Shown one piece after another: positions 12,533 through 24,455 of a stretch of 64,000 nt of DNA. This DNA comes from Bispira polyomma (taxonomy: Eukaryota), in the NCBI GenBank assembly GCA_965649765.1, contig OZ287754.1:49910001-49974000 (forward strand), read 5' to 3'. The position numbers were made by a program, and so were the translations under genes. Within the stretch, counting starts at the first letter, position 1; the number at the start of each line of letters is the position of its first letter. The notes beneath the pieces are model-generated. The model had not been told where the DNA came from. It searched no databases and was given only the letters and a program-made list of their open reading frames with translations.

Positions 12533-14125
12533 TTTAAGGTTACAGTATGTTTTAGTCATTCCGAACTCTAATCCTAAAACTGCTTGATGGATTTCATTCA
12601 TATTTTGTACACAGATGTATATGGATGTGAGTAGAATCCCTATTGTGTGGTGACCCTTAATTCCTAAGAGTTAAAATTTTATGATGACTTTAAGGTTACA
12701 ACATATTTTAGCCTTTCCGGACTATATTTGGTACACAGATGTATATGGACCTGAGGAGGAACCCTATTGTATGATGACCTTAAACTCCTAAGACTTAAAA
12801 TTTTATGACGACCTTAAGGTTACAGTATATTTTAGTCATTCCGGACTCTAACTCTAAAACTGCTTGATGGATTCATTCATAGTTGGTACTCAGATGTATA
12901 TGGACCTGAGGAGGAACCATATTGCATGATGACCTTTAACTTCTGAGAGTTAAAATTTTATGACGACTTTAAGGTTACACTATATTTTAGTCATTCCGGA
13001 CTTTAACTCCAAAACTGCTTTATGGATTTCATTCATATTTGGTACACTGATGTATATGGACCTGAGGAGGAACCTTATTGTATTGTGACTTTAAACTCCT
13101 AACAGTTAAACATTTTATGACGACTTTAAGGTTACATCATGTTTCAGTCATTCGGGAGGCTAACTCTAAAACTGCTGGATGGATTTCATTCATAATTGGT
13201 ACACAGATGTATATGGACCTGAGGAGGAACCCTACTGTATGGTGACTTTAAACTCCTAACAGTTAAAATTTTATGACGAACTTGTTTACATCATGTTTCA
13301 GGGGGCCACGGCGGCCTAGTGGTTAGCAAGCATTACGCTTCACAATCACTGGTCTCTCACCTCTGGGCGGCGTGAGTTTGAATCCCGTCAATGCCTATGT
13401 GGGAAAGGTGGTAGTTCCTTACTGTGGGCCGCTGGTTTCTCTGCAGAACCTTGACCGACTGTATGCAGTGTTTCCTCCAGCGTTTCCAACTACCCGTCCC
13501 AATATAACCTACTAAAAGGTACTAGAGTGGATGTTAAATATCCAAATTCAAATTCAAACATCATGTTTCAGTCATTCCGGACTCTAACTTTAAAACTGCT
13601 TGATGGATTTTATTCATATTTGGTACACAGATATATATAGACCAGAGGAGGAAGCTTATTGGATTTCATAAATCCATCAGTTAAAATTTTATGACAACTT
13701 TAAGGTTACAACATATTTTAGCCTTTCTGGACTCTAACTCTAAAACTGCTTGATGGATTTCATTTATATTTGGTAAACAGATGTATATGGACCTGAGGAG
13801 AAACCCTATTTATGGTGACCTTAAACTCCTAAGAGTTAAAATTTTATGATGACTTTAAGGTTACATCATGTTTCAGTCATTCCGGACTCTAACTCCAAAA
13901 CTGCTTGATGGATTTCATTCATATTTGGGACACAGATGTATATGGACCTGAGGAGAAACCCTATTGTATGGTGACCTCAAACTCCTAGGAATTAAAATTT
14001 TGTGACGACTTTAAGGTTACAGTATATTTCAGTCATTCCAGACTCTAACCCCAAAACTGCTTGATGGATTTCATTCATATTTGGGACACAGATGTATATG
14101 GACCTGAGGAGGAACCCTATTGTAC
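12533..14125. repeat. ~156-bp tandem satellite, ~9 units
   Basis: Unit starts (TTTAAGGTTACA) near 12533, 12689, 12813, 12968, 13125, 13282, 13699, 13854, 14010. Confidence 0.93.
13302..13557 (+). mobile_element. tRNA-derived SINE family A, full length
   Basis: A-box GGCCTAGTGG, B-box GTTTGAATCC, (AAATTC)n tail. 14-bp TSD ACATCATGTTTCAG at 13288-13301 and 13558-13571. Confidence 0.92.
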
Positions 14126-14354
14126 TTTACTAGTACAATAGACTAACCCAACCTCACGAAAACGGATTATTATTTCATGAAGAATGTTTTTCGAGTCTCA
14201 AAAAATTTTGAAATGCTTTGAAATAAAATATGTAGGGTATACTAGCTCCACCTGACGAAAATCTGTTCCATTTCCTTAAAATAAAGGTGATAGTACCACT
14301 GCATGCTTGTACCACTGCATACAATTTTTTCTCTCCTTAACTTACCGAAGAGCA

Positions 14355-14611
14355 TTTGAATTTGAATTTGGATATTTAACGTCCACTCTAGTACCTTTTA
14401 GTAGGTTATATTGGGACGGGTAGTTGGAAACGCTGGAGGAAACACTGCATACAGTCGGTCAAGGTTCTGCAGAGAAACCAGCGGCCCACAGTAAGGAACT
14501 ACCACCTTTTCCACATAGGCATCGACGAGATTCGAACTCATGCCGCCCAGAGGTGAGAGATCAGTGATTGTGAAGCGCAATGCTTGCTAACCACTAGGCC
14601 ACCACGGCTCC
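14355..14611 (-). mobile_element. tRNA-derived SINE family A, full length
   Basis: Reverse complement of the 13302 copy. 11-bp TSD ACCGAAGAGCA at 14344-14354 and 14612-14622. Confidence 0.92.
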
Positions 14612-15094
14612 ACCGAAGAGCAGGGGACATATTAACATTCATTTGATTTCTTGTTTTATTAGACGTTTCGCCCATGTATTGTACACACATTCAAATGGAA
14701 AAATGATACTTTTTATCGCATTTTTTCGCCCACTGAAGATGAATATATACTGATAGGTAGCTGTACAAAAAATCCATCTTCGTCTGTCCTAAGTCAGAGC
14801 CGTACCTAATTGTGTGACCAATTATTGGTCGCAATTGACATCTTGTTTATATCATAGTTTTAAAGTAAAAGAATTGTATATGCAAGATTTGTAATCAGTG
14901 TTATTGAAAAAAAATAAATATATATAAAGTGTGTTAAGATGTGTACATTATTAAATGCCTCATCATAATGTATGTACACATTACACCAAATTAAAAAGAT
15001 GTATTTATTTAAGTAATGTTACTTTAAAGGTATTATGGGCCTGAGGCCTTAAAGTACAAATAAAGTTCTTGTTTTTGTTCTTGAGATCCAGCAG

Positions 15095-15209
15095 TTTTAC
15101 AAAGCTGAAACTTCAAAGCAAGCTCTAATCAAGCCCCCAATAATCGTTTTTAAAAGCCTTAAGTCAAAAGTTGGGAAAAAATTAAACAGGATTGGAAAGC
15201 TCTTCTCCG
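15095..15209 (+). pseudogene. 3' half of the interrupted putative host exon
   Basis: In-frame FYKAETSKQALIKPPIIVFKSLKSKVGKKLNRIGKLFS, then possible donor G|GTAAAA (or stop at 15224-15226). Confidence 0.45.
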
Positions 15210-15766
15210 GTAAAAATAACTTATGATAAAAGACACAACTTCCTTCACAACTTTATTTTTTAGTTTTGAATATGGTATTTATAACCTCATTATTAGTATT
15301 AATAGTGCTGTAAAAATGAGTGATATATTTTTAGAACAATATTGAGAATTTCTCGGCTTAGTACATGCATTTATTATTAAAAGTTCCATTATTTTGATGG
15401 AGTTAAATAGATCAGTATTTTTGAGAGAGAGAAAAAAAATTTAATATAATGTAAGGTATTTTTGAGAAAAAAGACTTTTGTATTTATTATTTGTCTGCTA
15501 AAAGTTCCATTATTTTTATGCCAGATATATGCAGTTAAACATATCAGTATTTTAAAGAAAAAAAATTTGTATATATTATTTGTCTGTTAAAAGTTCTATT
15601 ATTTTGATGGTAGATATATGCACTTAAATATACAATGTATCAGTATTTTTGAAGAAAAAAATTAATATTTATTACTTGTCTGCTAAAAATTAATTTATTT
15701 CGATAGTAGATATATGCACATAAATATATCAGTATTTTTGTTTGAAAAAATGTTTTTTTAGATATA

Positions 15767-17112
15767 GATCTAATCTAATCTATTCATACTTTTATAGCGC
15801 TTGATCTTTGTACAACAAATTCTAAGGCGCAACAAACCCAAAACATTAATCGAAAATCAAAAATAGGATGGAAGTCGTAACCAGGAAGACTACCGTAAAT
15901 GGTTGCGACGGCTAAGGTGGAAAAGCCTGTTCAAAAAAGGTAGGTCTTCAACTTACTCCTGAAAGAGGAGAAAGTTTGAGCCAGTCGAACATGATCAGGT
16001 AGGCTGTTCCAAATGAGGGGGCCATCATGAGCTAGGCAGTGATTGAACTGAACTTTAGATTTGTGGATGCGAGGGTCGAAAGTGGGAATGTTGAGGTATA
16101 AGTTATCAGGGTTACTGCGCCTTGTCCTGACTGAGCATGTGTATTTGGATAGATGGGGGCTGAAATAAGTGGGTAATCCAGAATCTAGAAATTTATATAT
16201 TATTGTTGCTGTTTTGAAAGCAACACAATATTTTATTGGGAGCCAGTGCAGTGACTTGAGTGCAGGAGTAATGTGGGAAAATTTAGAAGTTTTGGTCACA
16301 ATACGTGCCAGTGAGTCTTGGATATTCTGAAGGCGTCTGAGATCACTACGAGATAAGGAATGGAACAGAGAGTTGCAGTAATCAAGCCTGCTGCTGACCA
16401 AAGCATTGGCAACAGTAATTGCAGTGGATTTGGAAAGATAGCGTCGACCCGCTTGAAATCACGGAGGCCAACAAAACATGATCTACACACCAATGAGACA
16501 TGGTTAGAGAAGGAGAATTCAGAGTCGAACAACACACCCAGGTTGCGTACTTTGTCAGCTGGAAAAAACCTGCTGCCAAGAATGTCAAGTGGAAAACAGC
16601 TGGACAATTTTTCCCATTGCGACTTGGAGCCAAACAAAATAAACTCAGTCTTCTCAGGGTTCAGCTTGAGTTTATTTGCTGCCATCCAGTGTGGTACATC
16701 AACAAGGTAGTTCTGTCAAGAAGTGAAAGCTGCCTGGTCAGAGTCAGGTGTAAGGTGGATGTACAGTTGGGTATCATCAGCATAGAAGTAAAAGTTTATG
16801 TTTTTGTATGCAGCAATAATCTTGCTGAGTGGAGTGGTGTACATGGAAAACAAAATGGGACCCAGGACGGAACCTTGGGGAACACCAAATTTTAACCATT
16901 TTGGGTCGGATAAGATGTTGCCAATTTTGGCCGATTGGAATCTATCAGACAAATATGCCGTGAACCACTTAAGTGCCATACCGCTAATACCGAACCAAGA
17001 CGATAGGCACTCAAGAAGAACTTTGTGATCAATAGTATCAAAGGCTGCTGACAGATCCAGCAGTACTAAGGCAGTAGGCATACCTTTGGATAAAGATGTA
17101 TGAACATCATTT
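15767..17112 (-). mobile_element. 5'-truncated L2-clade LINE
   Basis: LLDLSAAFDTIDH, FGVPQGSVLGP, YADDTQLY, KLKLNPEKTE, SRLDYCNS, HITPALKSLHWLP. L2-type 3' end (GCGCCTTAGA...AAGCGCTATAAAAGT) with ATTAG repeats. Confidence 0.92.
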
Positions 17113-18499
17113 TTGAGACACTTTGCAAAACAAGTTTTACTTCTTTTCATTTGTTTAATCATGTTTAATATATTGCAGTTTTAAATTGGAAGCATTTGTA
17201 ATTGTTTAGTATAAATTTATATTTTTATATGTGCAGTCTAACAGTATTATATCAGTCCAGTTATAGTTCAAATGATAGCTCACAGTGTGAGAAAGATTGC
17301 CCCTACCATAACAGCTAGGCGTTTACCCCAAGGCAGGTGCTCTACCAGACCCCAGCAAGAACAGCCATATATCAAGAGGTGGTGACATAATCAGCCACAC
17401 ATCAGCAAGTCTACTGCCCCCCACCCCTAAGCCACCATTAACCAGGTTAGGGCCCAGGTCCTACGGCACCTACTCGCCTAGCAGTGGAGGTTCCCAACTA
17501 CAGAGCTTTAATCCCCGGTAGCCCACACCTAGGGGTAGATGCAAGCTGGGAACCAGCACCACACGGATCCGAGCCTGAACCCGGCAAAGGTTTGCCAGGG
17601 GAAGAGGCCCCACCAACTCATCACCAACAGCAAGTCAATTGCCATAAGCAGACACCAGTCGGCAAGTCTACCGCCATTACAGCAAGTCCACGGCCTTTGT
17701 TCAAGTAGGACATAAGTTATTAAGAGCCAAGTTCATAATGTGACCACCCTGCAGCAAGTCTACTGCCACCATAGAAGTTAATTAGCTTTATTAACCCAAG
17801 TACACATGGAAATAACAAGAATTCTACTTCATAATTCATTTTATTATACACATTTATTTGGGCATATCTCGCTACATAACAGGTTAGCATGTTAAAACAT
17901 ATAGACTACACGAGATATGAGAGGAAAAATAAAACCCCTGACCCGGCCTAGTTCTTGCTGCTGCTGTTGATACACTTTCCACCACCGATTAAAGCATGCT
18001 GTAGTGTGCCTGCATACAGGAGTTTAAATACTACCCATGCAGCCATACCCAGCCATACATCCAGCCCACCAACCAACCATCCACATCATATGATAACCCC
18101 TGAGCTGAGCTGCAGACGAAAATTGAACTGTCTGCATAATCTGTGTCACCCATATCATATGACAAACCTGAAATATCTGAGCTACAACCAGTTAATGAAC
18201 TGTCTGCACATGCACAATATTACCATGACCCTTTCACACCCTTACTGGGTACACCTATCACCTGATGGTCAGCGACCAAGCCATGCTTGGGTAACATACA
18301 CACATAGTATTAACACACAATTTTTGACATTTTATTTACCGTATAATTCCTAACAAAACCCCCAACTTGATTAACTGCTACTTGACTGAACCAGAGATCT
18401 GAGCTCTCTGCCCACTGTGACACGTTTATATGTTTGTCTTAGTTCAGTTCTGTAGTAAGCCGTAAAGGTTTCTGTTTTTGTTTGTATGACTGGTTGAAT

Positions 18500-20210
18500 A
18501 ATTGTTATATAGGTGAAAGATAGAATACATGTTGAAAAATATTCTGACAAATGAACTTAAATAGAATCAAATACATTCTGTTGTATCATATTTTGTATGT
18601 GGTAAAGAATACTGAAGTTAATACCATATCACCCTTGTATATCTACTGTAGTATTAAATTGAGCATAACAAATAAATGTGTGCAAATAATTACAAAGGTA
18701 GATAAGACTGGAAGAAAGATAAAAATAAACTATGCAGGTAAACAATCTCTCTGTACTTGATTTGTCACGATTGTCTTATTTTTGAATTCAGCCCTATCTA
18801 AAAGACTTTGACGGCATGACTGCATTTGAAAAGAAAAATCATTAACTTAAGACAAATAATGTGTAAAAAAAATTGCTGTTATAGTTTGGTGGTTTAGTTT
18901 TTGTGAAGGGCTAACAGTTAATGAAAAATAAAATTTTGTACAGTGATATATGATCATGGTATCTAATCCTAAAGAAATTTGTGTGACACAAATGTGTATC
19001 AAAAATTATATTTCAATACAGATGTTGGTAGATTTACTGTGGTAGTATTAAATGATTTCATTTGTTACAAACTTACAATATTAGATGCCTCTATTTTTTT
19101 GTAAAAATAATTTTTTAACCGAATAAAATTATTTATAAAAACAAGTCTTTAATTTCAATAAATCAGTTGTTCACAATATTGCAATGTTGATTTGACACTG
19201 TTGTCACGTTGAAATTGTCATGGTGATATCATTGTCTATTCTTAATTGGATTCAACAAAATCTAGGAGGTGCACACATGTAGAAGCGTTTATCAAATGAT
19301 GATCCTAATTTAGGCATATTGTGGAGTTTGAACCTCTATAACTCCCCCAGTTTTCAACATTTTTTGAATGTTAGTGGCTCAACTAATCGGTATGGCATTT
19401 ATTTATGATTCCACCAAATATTATGGCCATTCACTATATATTTGTATACAGTGTCTTTATCCTTTGTAAGTATTTTACAGTCTCTATTCAAGATTGTAAC
19501 AGGTCATGAGTTTTGTAGATATCTTTGATCCTTATTTTAATACGGCATTAGGTTTAAAGCTCCCCTCGGCTTTTCTGACCAAAATAATTTGTAGAATTTG
19601 TAGTAAATCCATCAAAGCATGGTGACTTATCATTTTTTAACTTCTCTTAAGCATTTTCTATTTCATTCATCCCTAAGGACCTGTCACATAACTCTTTATC
19701 AAAATTACTTCTTTTGAGGTCCCGCATGTGATAGTAGCAGGAGCGGCAGATGTTGTTAATGTGAGGAAGAAATGAAGAGGCAGTCAAAAGTGACACCTAG
19801 GTTTTTGACCTGTTCTGAAGGTGTAATCTCATAGCCCAGTAGTGGGATTGGGAAAAGTTAACTGAGGAATATTTTCAGTGTTCAAAAATCTTTTTTTAAT
19901 ATTTCTCTTCTACAAGTATCATTTCTGTATTAGTTACTTTTGATTTGTCTTTTAGAATCAAGTTTTTAATGAAATTTATATAGTATGCAGTATTTTTCTC
20001 CTTTCTTTCATCCAATGCGCATTTGTTCTTCGAATGATACCTTCTGCTTTTACATTTTTTAAGTGTTCCCATTCTGATCATACTTATATGTATTCTTTAA
20101 ATTTATCACTGTCTTCCTTTGTTTCACTTTCTGTGTTTTCTATCACATACTTCTCTGGTTCCTTACTTTTCATTGCTTTTGATTTTGAGTATACAATTGT
20201 AACTGAACGT
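18500..20210 (-). mobile_element. Old Tx1/L1-like LINE ORF2 remnant
   Basis: Degenerate minus-strand peptides AEGIIRRTNAHW..EKNTAYY, KNDKSPCFDGF, PVTILNRDCKILTK. Boundaries approximate. Confidence 0.65.
19715..19870 (-). mobile_element. Short L2 RT fragment inside the Tx1 remnant
   Basis: FPIPLLGYEITPSEQVKNLGVTFD...HINNICRSCYYHMRDLK. Confidence 0.7.
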
Positions 20211-20259
20211 ACCTGTCACTTTTAATTTTGAGTATGCAATTGTAACTAAACATACTTGT

Positions 20260-20635
20260 CACTTTGGTTCACTCAAAGCTGGAATATGCATTATGTGTGT
20301 GGAATTTCATACTTAGAAAAAGACATGAAGGCAGTTGAAAATGTACAATGCATGAGTGCACGTTTTGTCTGCAAGTACTATGATTGGAGCCACAGTGTAA
20401 TACAGATGTTACAACAACTCGGCTGGGCAGAGAAGAACCGAAGCCAGTCTCGGTTTCTTTTACAAAATTTTAAATGGAATAGTGACAGTGGGCATAAAAG
20501 AGCAGCTGGAGTGGCCATACACCTCCACCAGAAAGAAACACAATCTGCAGTATAGAACTATTGAATCAAACTGTGACGCCCACAAATTTCCATTCTGCCT
20601 ATGAACAATAGCAGTGTGGAATAACCTCAACAGTG
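20260..20635 (+). mobile_element. CR1/Jockey-group LINE 3' fragment
   Basis: LEYA..VW, YLEKDMKAVENVQ..SARFV, SVIQMLQQLGW. Confidence 0.7.
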
Positions 20636-20664
20636 AAATAGAGGTTTTACATCAAATTTGAATG

Positions 20665-20880
20665 TATTTCATGTAAATGTCAGATCAATCAGAAACAAGG
20701 GTGCCCCTTTTTGTGACTTTGTCCAAACTAACAAGCTTGATGTTGTCGCTGTCACTGAAACATGACTCAGATCCTCTGACACTGACATTTTTATGAGGGA
20801 AATTACTCCATCTGGCTTCAACTTTACCCACCTTCCATGCACTGTAAAAGGGGCAGGGGAGTGAGAATTTTTATAGGACA
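20665..20880 (+). mobile_element. LINE AP-endonuclease N-terminal fragment
   Basis: HVNVRSIRNK and LDVVAVTET*L (TETW motif). Confidence 0.72.
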
Positions 20881-20899
20881 AGACATAACAATCCCCTCT

Positions 20900-21570
20900 A
20901 GCATATTCGACTGACTCAAAAACACATCTGTGAAAATCAGAGTCTACTATATCTCCAATAATATATATTTATACCATTTCTAAACCTGTCAGGGAAAAAG
21001 TGGATTTTTAGAAATGTGACTATTAAACCATATTCTACTAGACATCATATCTCCATTTGTTTCCAGAATTTGATAATCACACTATTCACTCCATTATGTT
21101 AAAACAGATTTCCAAAAGGGGTTTAACCTATTTTTAACAGTCACATACCATTCCCCTCCAAACAAAAACAACCTGTTTAAATTGTCAAGTGAATATAGCA
21201 GTTGTTTGAGCCAGGTTTTGTAGAATTAGAAAAAATATGTTTTTATCCATGATAATTTTTAAGACTTTTCAAAATATTTAAATATTGACCATATTAAGGC
21301 TCCTGTGTAAATAATGTTTATAAATATCTTTTCTTTTTTTATCTGGTTTTCCATTCCATATATAGTCAAATACATTAATATTGTTAAGAGTTCTTTCGAG
21401 TGTTGGGATAACATAAGCAATTGGCTAATTTTGACAATATCAAGGTTTTTACAAAGTCAGTCCACTGGCTGTAAGTTTGAAATATCGGCCATGATGTTGA
21501 AGTTAATCAATAAAGTGAAAATTCCAGTTCAGTGATAATAAGTTTGAAATATGCAAGTATGCAGTAAAGA
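20900..21570 (-). mobile_element. Tx1/L1-like post-RT ORF2 remnant
   Basis: VKTLILSKL, FDYIWNGKPDK and KSLK.SWIK-like peptides. Confidence 0.6.
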
Positions 21571-22774
21571 CAAGTGATGGTAGAAAAAAATATGGTTTGA
21601 GTTTTATATACAGGTAAGGATGAAATTGTTAAATGCTAATAGTGAATACCTCCCTGTAATGGTGAACACCTAAAAATAGAGAACACTTCGCTTTAATGGC
21701 GATCACCTACGAATAGTGAATACCTTTCTATGATGAACACATTTGATACTTGTGAATTGTATAGTACCCACAAATAGTGAACTATGGTGGCTGGGTTCTA
21801 TGCAGTTTAATTTAACCGGATTTCGGTCATCGGCTTAACAATAGCTGGAATATAGATTCAATATAAAGAGGGTCCTCAATATACATTTAAATAATGCAAT
21901 AGACTTATTACAGGGACGGTTATTGATCTTTTTTATTTCCAAATAAAATATGTTGCACAATTAAAGTTTCTTAACCATCACTAGTCAAATTATTCACCCT
22001 TAGTTTTTATCATTACTGAGATCAAATAATTAAACAGTATTTCCCATGGTGTGAGTCGTCTTCTAAAAATTGTTTATAAGATCTTTACAAAAGATTACAA
22101 AAAGGTTACAAAATATTGATCCCATGAAACCCCTCTTTGTACACAAGATAGAAACATTATGATTCCAACATCAGTATAGATGGCCACCACGCCCACTATT
22201 CACGGTAATGATATATTTTACCATGACACGTTTACAGTATGAATCATTTAATGGCAGCATTTGTTTTGTTAACCTGTTACTTCTAAGCTTATGCCAATAG
22301 TCTGTCGTTTTTACACTAAAATACCCAAAACTGTGAGAGTTTTGAGATTTTTTTTTACTTATCCGAGTAGAGTTTGTACTGCTATATAAAGTCTTCTTGG
22401 AAAACCGGTATACACAGATAGGAATATGACTTTACCGTCTGTATATATATATTTTTTTATTGCTCTATTAAACAATATTAAACCAATAAAACAACAATTG
22501 CCTTCCAGAAAACCCAAAAACCTGCAGTTATATTTGAACTGAGCTAGATTATCCTTCCCCTCCTTAATTGAATCCAGGTAGAATATCACTCCCCTTCACA
22601 TTTGACAGGAGCAACATTATCCCTCCCCTCTCTATTTGAATTCAGCTAGATTAGCCCTACCCGACCTATTTGAAGTGGCGTAGTTTATCGTTGCCCTCCC
22701 TATTTGAACTCATCTAGATTAGCTGATCTGGCATTAAACCTTCCAGCACTCACTGGTTGAGTCTTGTAGGCCTA

Positions 22775-23210
22775 CATAGGGATTGAATCCTCCGGCCTCA
22801 TTAGTCGCTTCTAGGCCTCTAGAGATTGAACCCCTCTGGCCTCCATGAGGATTGAACCCTTCAGCCTCATTGGTTTTCAGGGATTGAACCCCTGTGGCCT
22901 CTATCGTGATCACTTCTAGGCCTCCATGGGATTGAACCCTCTGGCCTGATTGGTTGTCCATTCTAGGCCTGCTCAGGATTGAAACCCTCCGGCCTGACTG
23001 GTTGTCTCTTCTTGGACTCCACAGGGATTGAACCCTCCGGCCCGACTGGTTGTCCCTTCTAGTCCTCCTCAGGATTGAACCTTCTGGCCTGATTGGTTGT
23101 TCCTTCTAGGCCTCCACAGCATTTAACCATGCAGCGTTATTGGTTGTCCCTCCTAGGTGTACACATGGATTGAACCCCTGGCCACAATGGTTGTCCCACA
23201 ATGGTTGTCC
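22775..23210 (-). repeat. ~48-bp degenerate tandem repeat, each unit with a B-box-like GGGTTCAATCC
   Basis: About 9 copies of GGATTGAACCC on +, within unit GGATTGAACCCTCYGGCCTGAYTGGTTGTCCCTTCTAGGCCTCC. Confidence 0.85.
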
Positions 23211-23330
23211 GTGTGTCCTACCTCTACCCTGTGAGAGGAGACAATGTTTGACACCTATTTTTGTATATTTGAGTGTTGAAGTAGAGATTCTTGAATGAAG
23301 TAAAGAAATCAAAACAGTTCCTATTTTCAT

Positions 23331-23400
23331 TGGTTATGAGGGATTTGAACCCACGTCCATACACTTTGCAGTACTGTATCTTACCACTGCACCACTGAGC
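23331..23400 (-). pseudogene. tRNA-like sequence (SINE head or tRNA pseudogene)
   Basis: A-box TGGTGCAGTGG, ATACA/TGTAT stem, B-box GGTTCAAATCC. Acceptor stem does not pair. Confidence 0.6.
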
Positions 23401-24104
23401 TACATGGAATACTCTGAAACAGTTTTGTGCAAGTTGTGTCGAAATACTTAAATGCACCTAGCTTTACACTGAAGTAAAACAAAGAAACTTCTTTTCATTG
23501 ACTTCTATTCATTGACTAATATATCATTGCATCTATAATTTACAAATTAGGCAGGTCCTTGAAAATAAAAGGAGATTAATAGTATTTGAAGGTCTTATTC
23601 AATTTAATTATTTTGGTGAAGCAAATGTTATTAAAATGAAATAGATACTTATAATGTTTAAATATACTCTAAACAAAAAAGAATCTCTTACAGGATTTAA
23701 ACCTATTTCATAAAACCATTAGCAAAAACATAATGTACACATATATGAAGTATACAAGTATTAGTATATGTGTACATTTTATTGATCTATATATTGATAA
23801 TCAATTGACTATTGATTTTTCAATTGGCTATTGATTATTTAAAAAAAATCACTAAACACAACTCTACCTAAAAACACATCATTGAAAGCATCAGACTTCC
23901 TGGTCCAATGGTAACAGTTTGAAACTAATTTCAGCATATTATTTTTGCGGATGTGTTTTATCCCATTTTTTTTCTCCGTTATAACAATACCTTTTCATAA
24001 TACATCTTCACCGGCGATCTCGGTACATTCTCACGGAGAGATAACATTTAGTAAAACAGCAACAAGATTTGTCTTTTGAAAAAAAAAAACACAGCTGCGC
24101 AAAG

Positions 24105-24455
24105 GTGAGAAATATTTATCTGACACCACTCAGTCTGGTCAGGGTCAATTGATTGCAATCAATCTGTCAAAACCTTGCATATTATTTCTAAGGTTGAAGC
24201 ACCTTTTTTTTCTAAGATGGCATAGCTAGTGTAGAAGCCAGATTGACATGTGACAGAATCAGACCCCTCCCCTCACTAATGTGAGAAATATTCATTTGAC
24301 ACCACTCAGTTTAGTCAGGGTAGATTGATTGCAATCAATCTGTCAAAACCTTGCATATTATTTCTAAGGTTGAAGCAGCCTTTTTTCAAAGATGGCATAG
24401 CTGGTGTAGAAGCAAGATTGACAAGAAACAGAATCAGACCCCCCCCCCCCCCCGA
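24105..24455. repeat. Tandem duplication, 2 x ~176 bp
   Basis: GTGAGAAATATT...CAGAATCAGACCCC starting at 24105 and 24281. Confidence 0.88.

Larger units (their letters stand above)
11671..14845 (+). mobile_element. Non-autonomous Helentron-type element (HINE/DINE-1-like) carrying a satellite array
   Basis: 5' subTIR AATTAGGTA (11672-11680) with hairpin ATTAGGTAGG/CCTACCTAAT. 3' subTIR TACCTAATT (14803-14811). 3' stem-loop 14813-14833, CTTG end. Inserted in a T-run without a clear TSD. Confidence 0.8.
9460..15082 (+). mobile_element. 5'-truncated non-LTR retrotransposon (RTE-X-like), frameshifted, split by a nested insertion
   Basis: RT motifs KAAGVDGI, NYRGVS, QIGFR, IDFSKAFDRV, GTRQGCILSP, YAND, YKYLG. 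C-terminal IEIGRH..C..C..EDEFH...CPLY. ORF resumes ~14846 (LYHSFKVKELYMQDL*). AATAAA plus TTCTTG-type tail. 12-bp TSD GAGATCCAGCAG at 9448-9459 and 15083-15094. Clade assignment is inference. Confidence 0.88.

Noticed and set aside
12533-14125. CRISPR-like array
   Set aside because: Units are wholly repeated with no unique spacers; eukaryotic context and no cas genes.
16360-17028. Plus-strand ORFs over the L2 element
   Set aside because: Antisense shadows of the RT coding sequence.
23331-23400. Functional tRNA-Cys gene
   Set aside because: No acceptor-stem pairing and an oversized anticodon loop.
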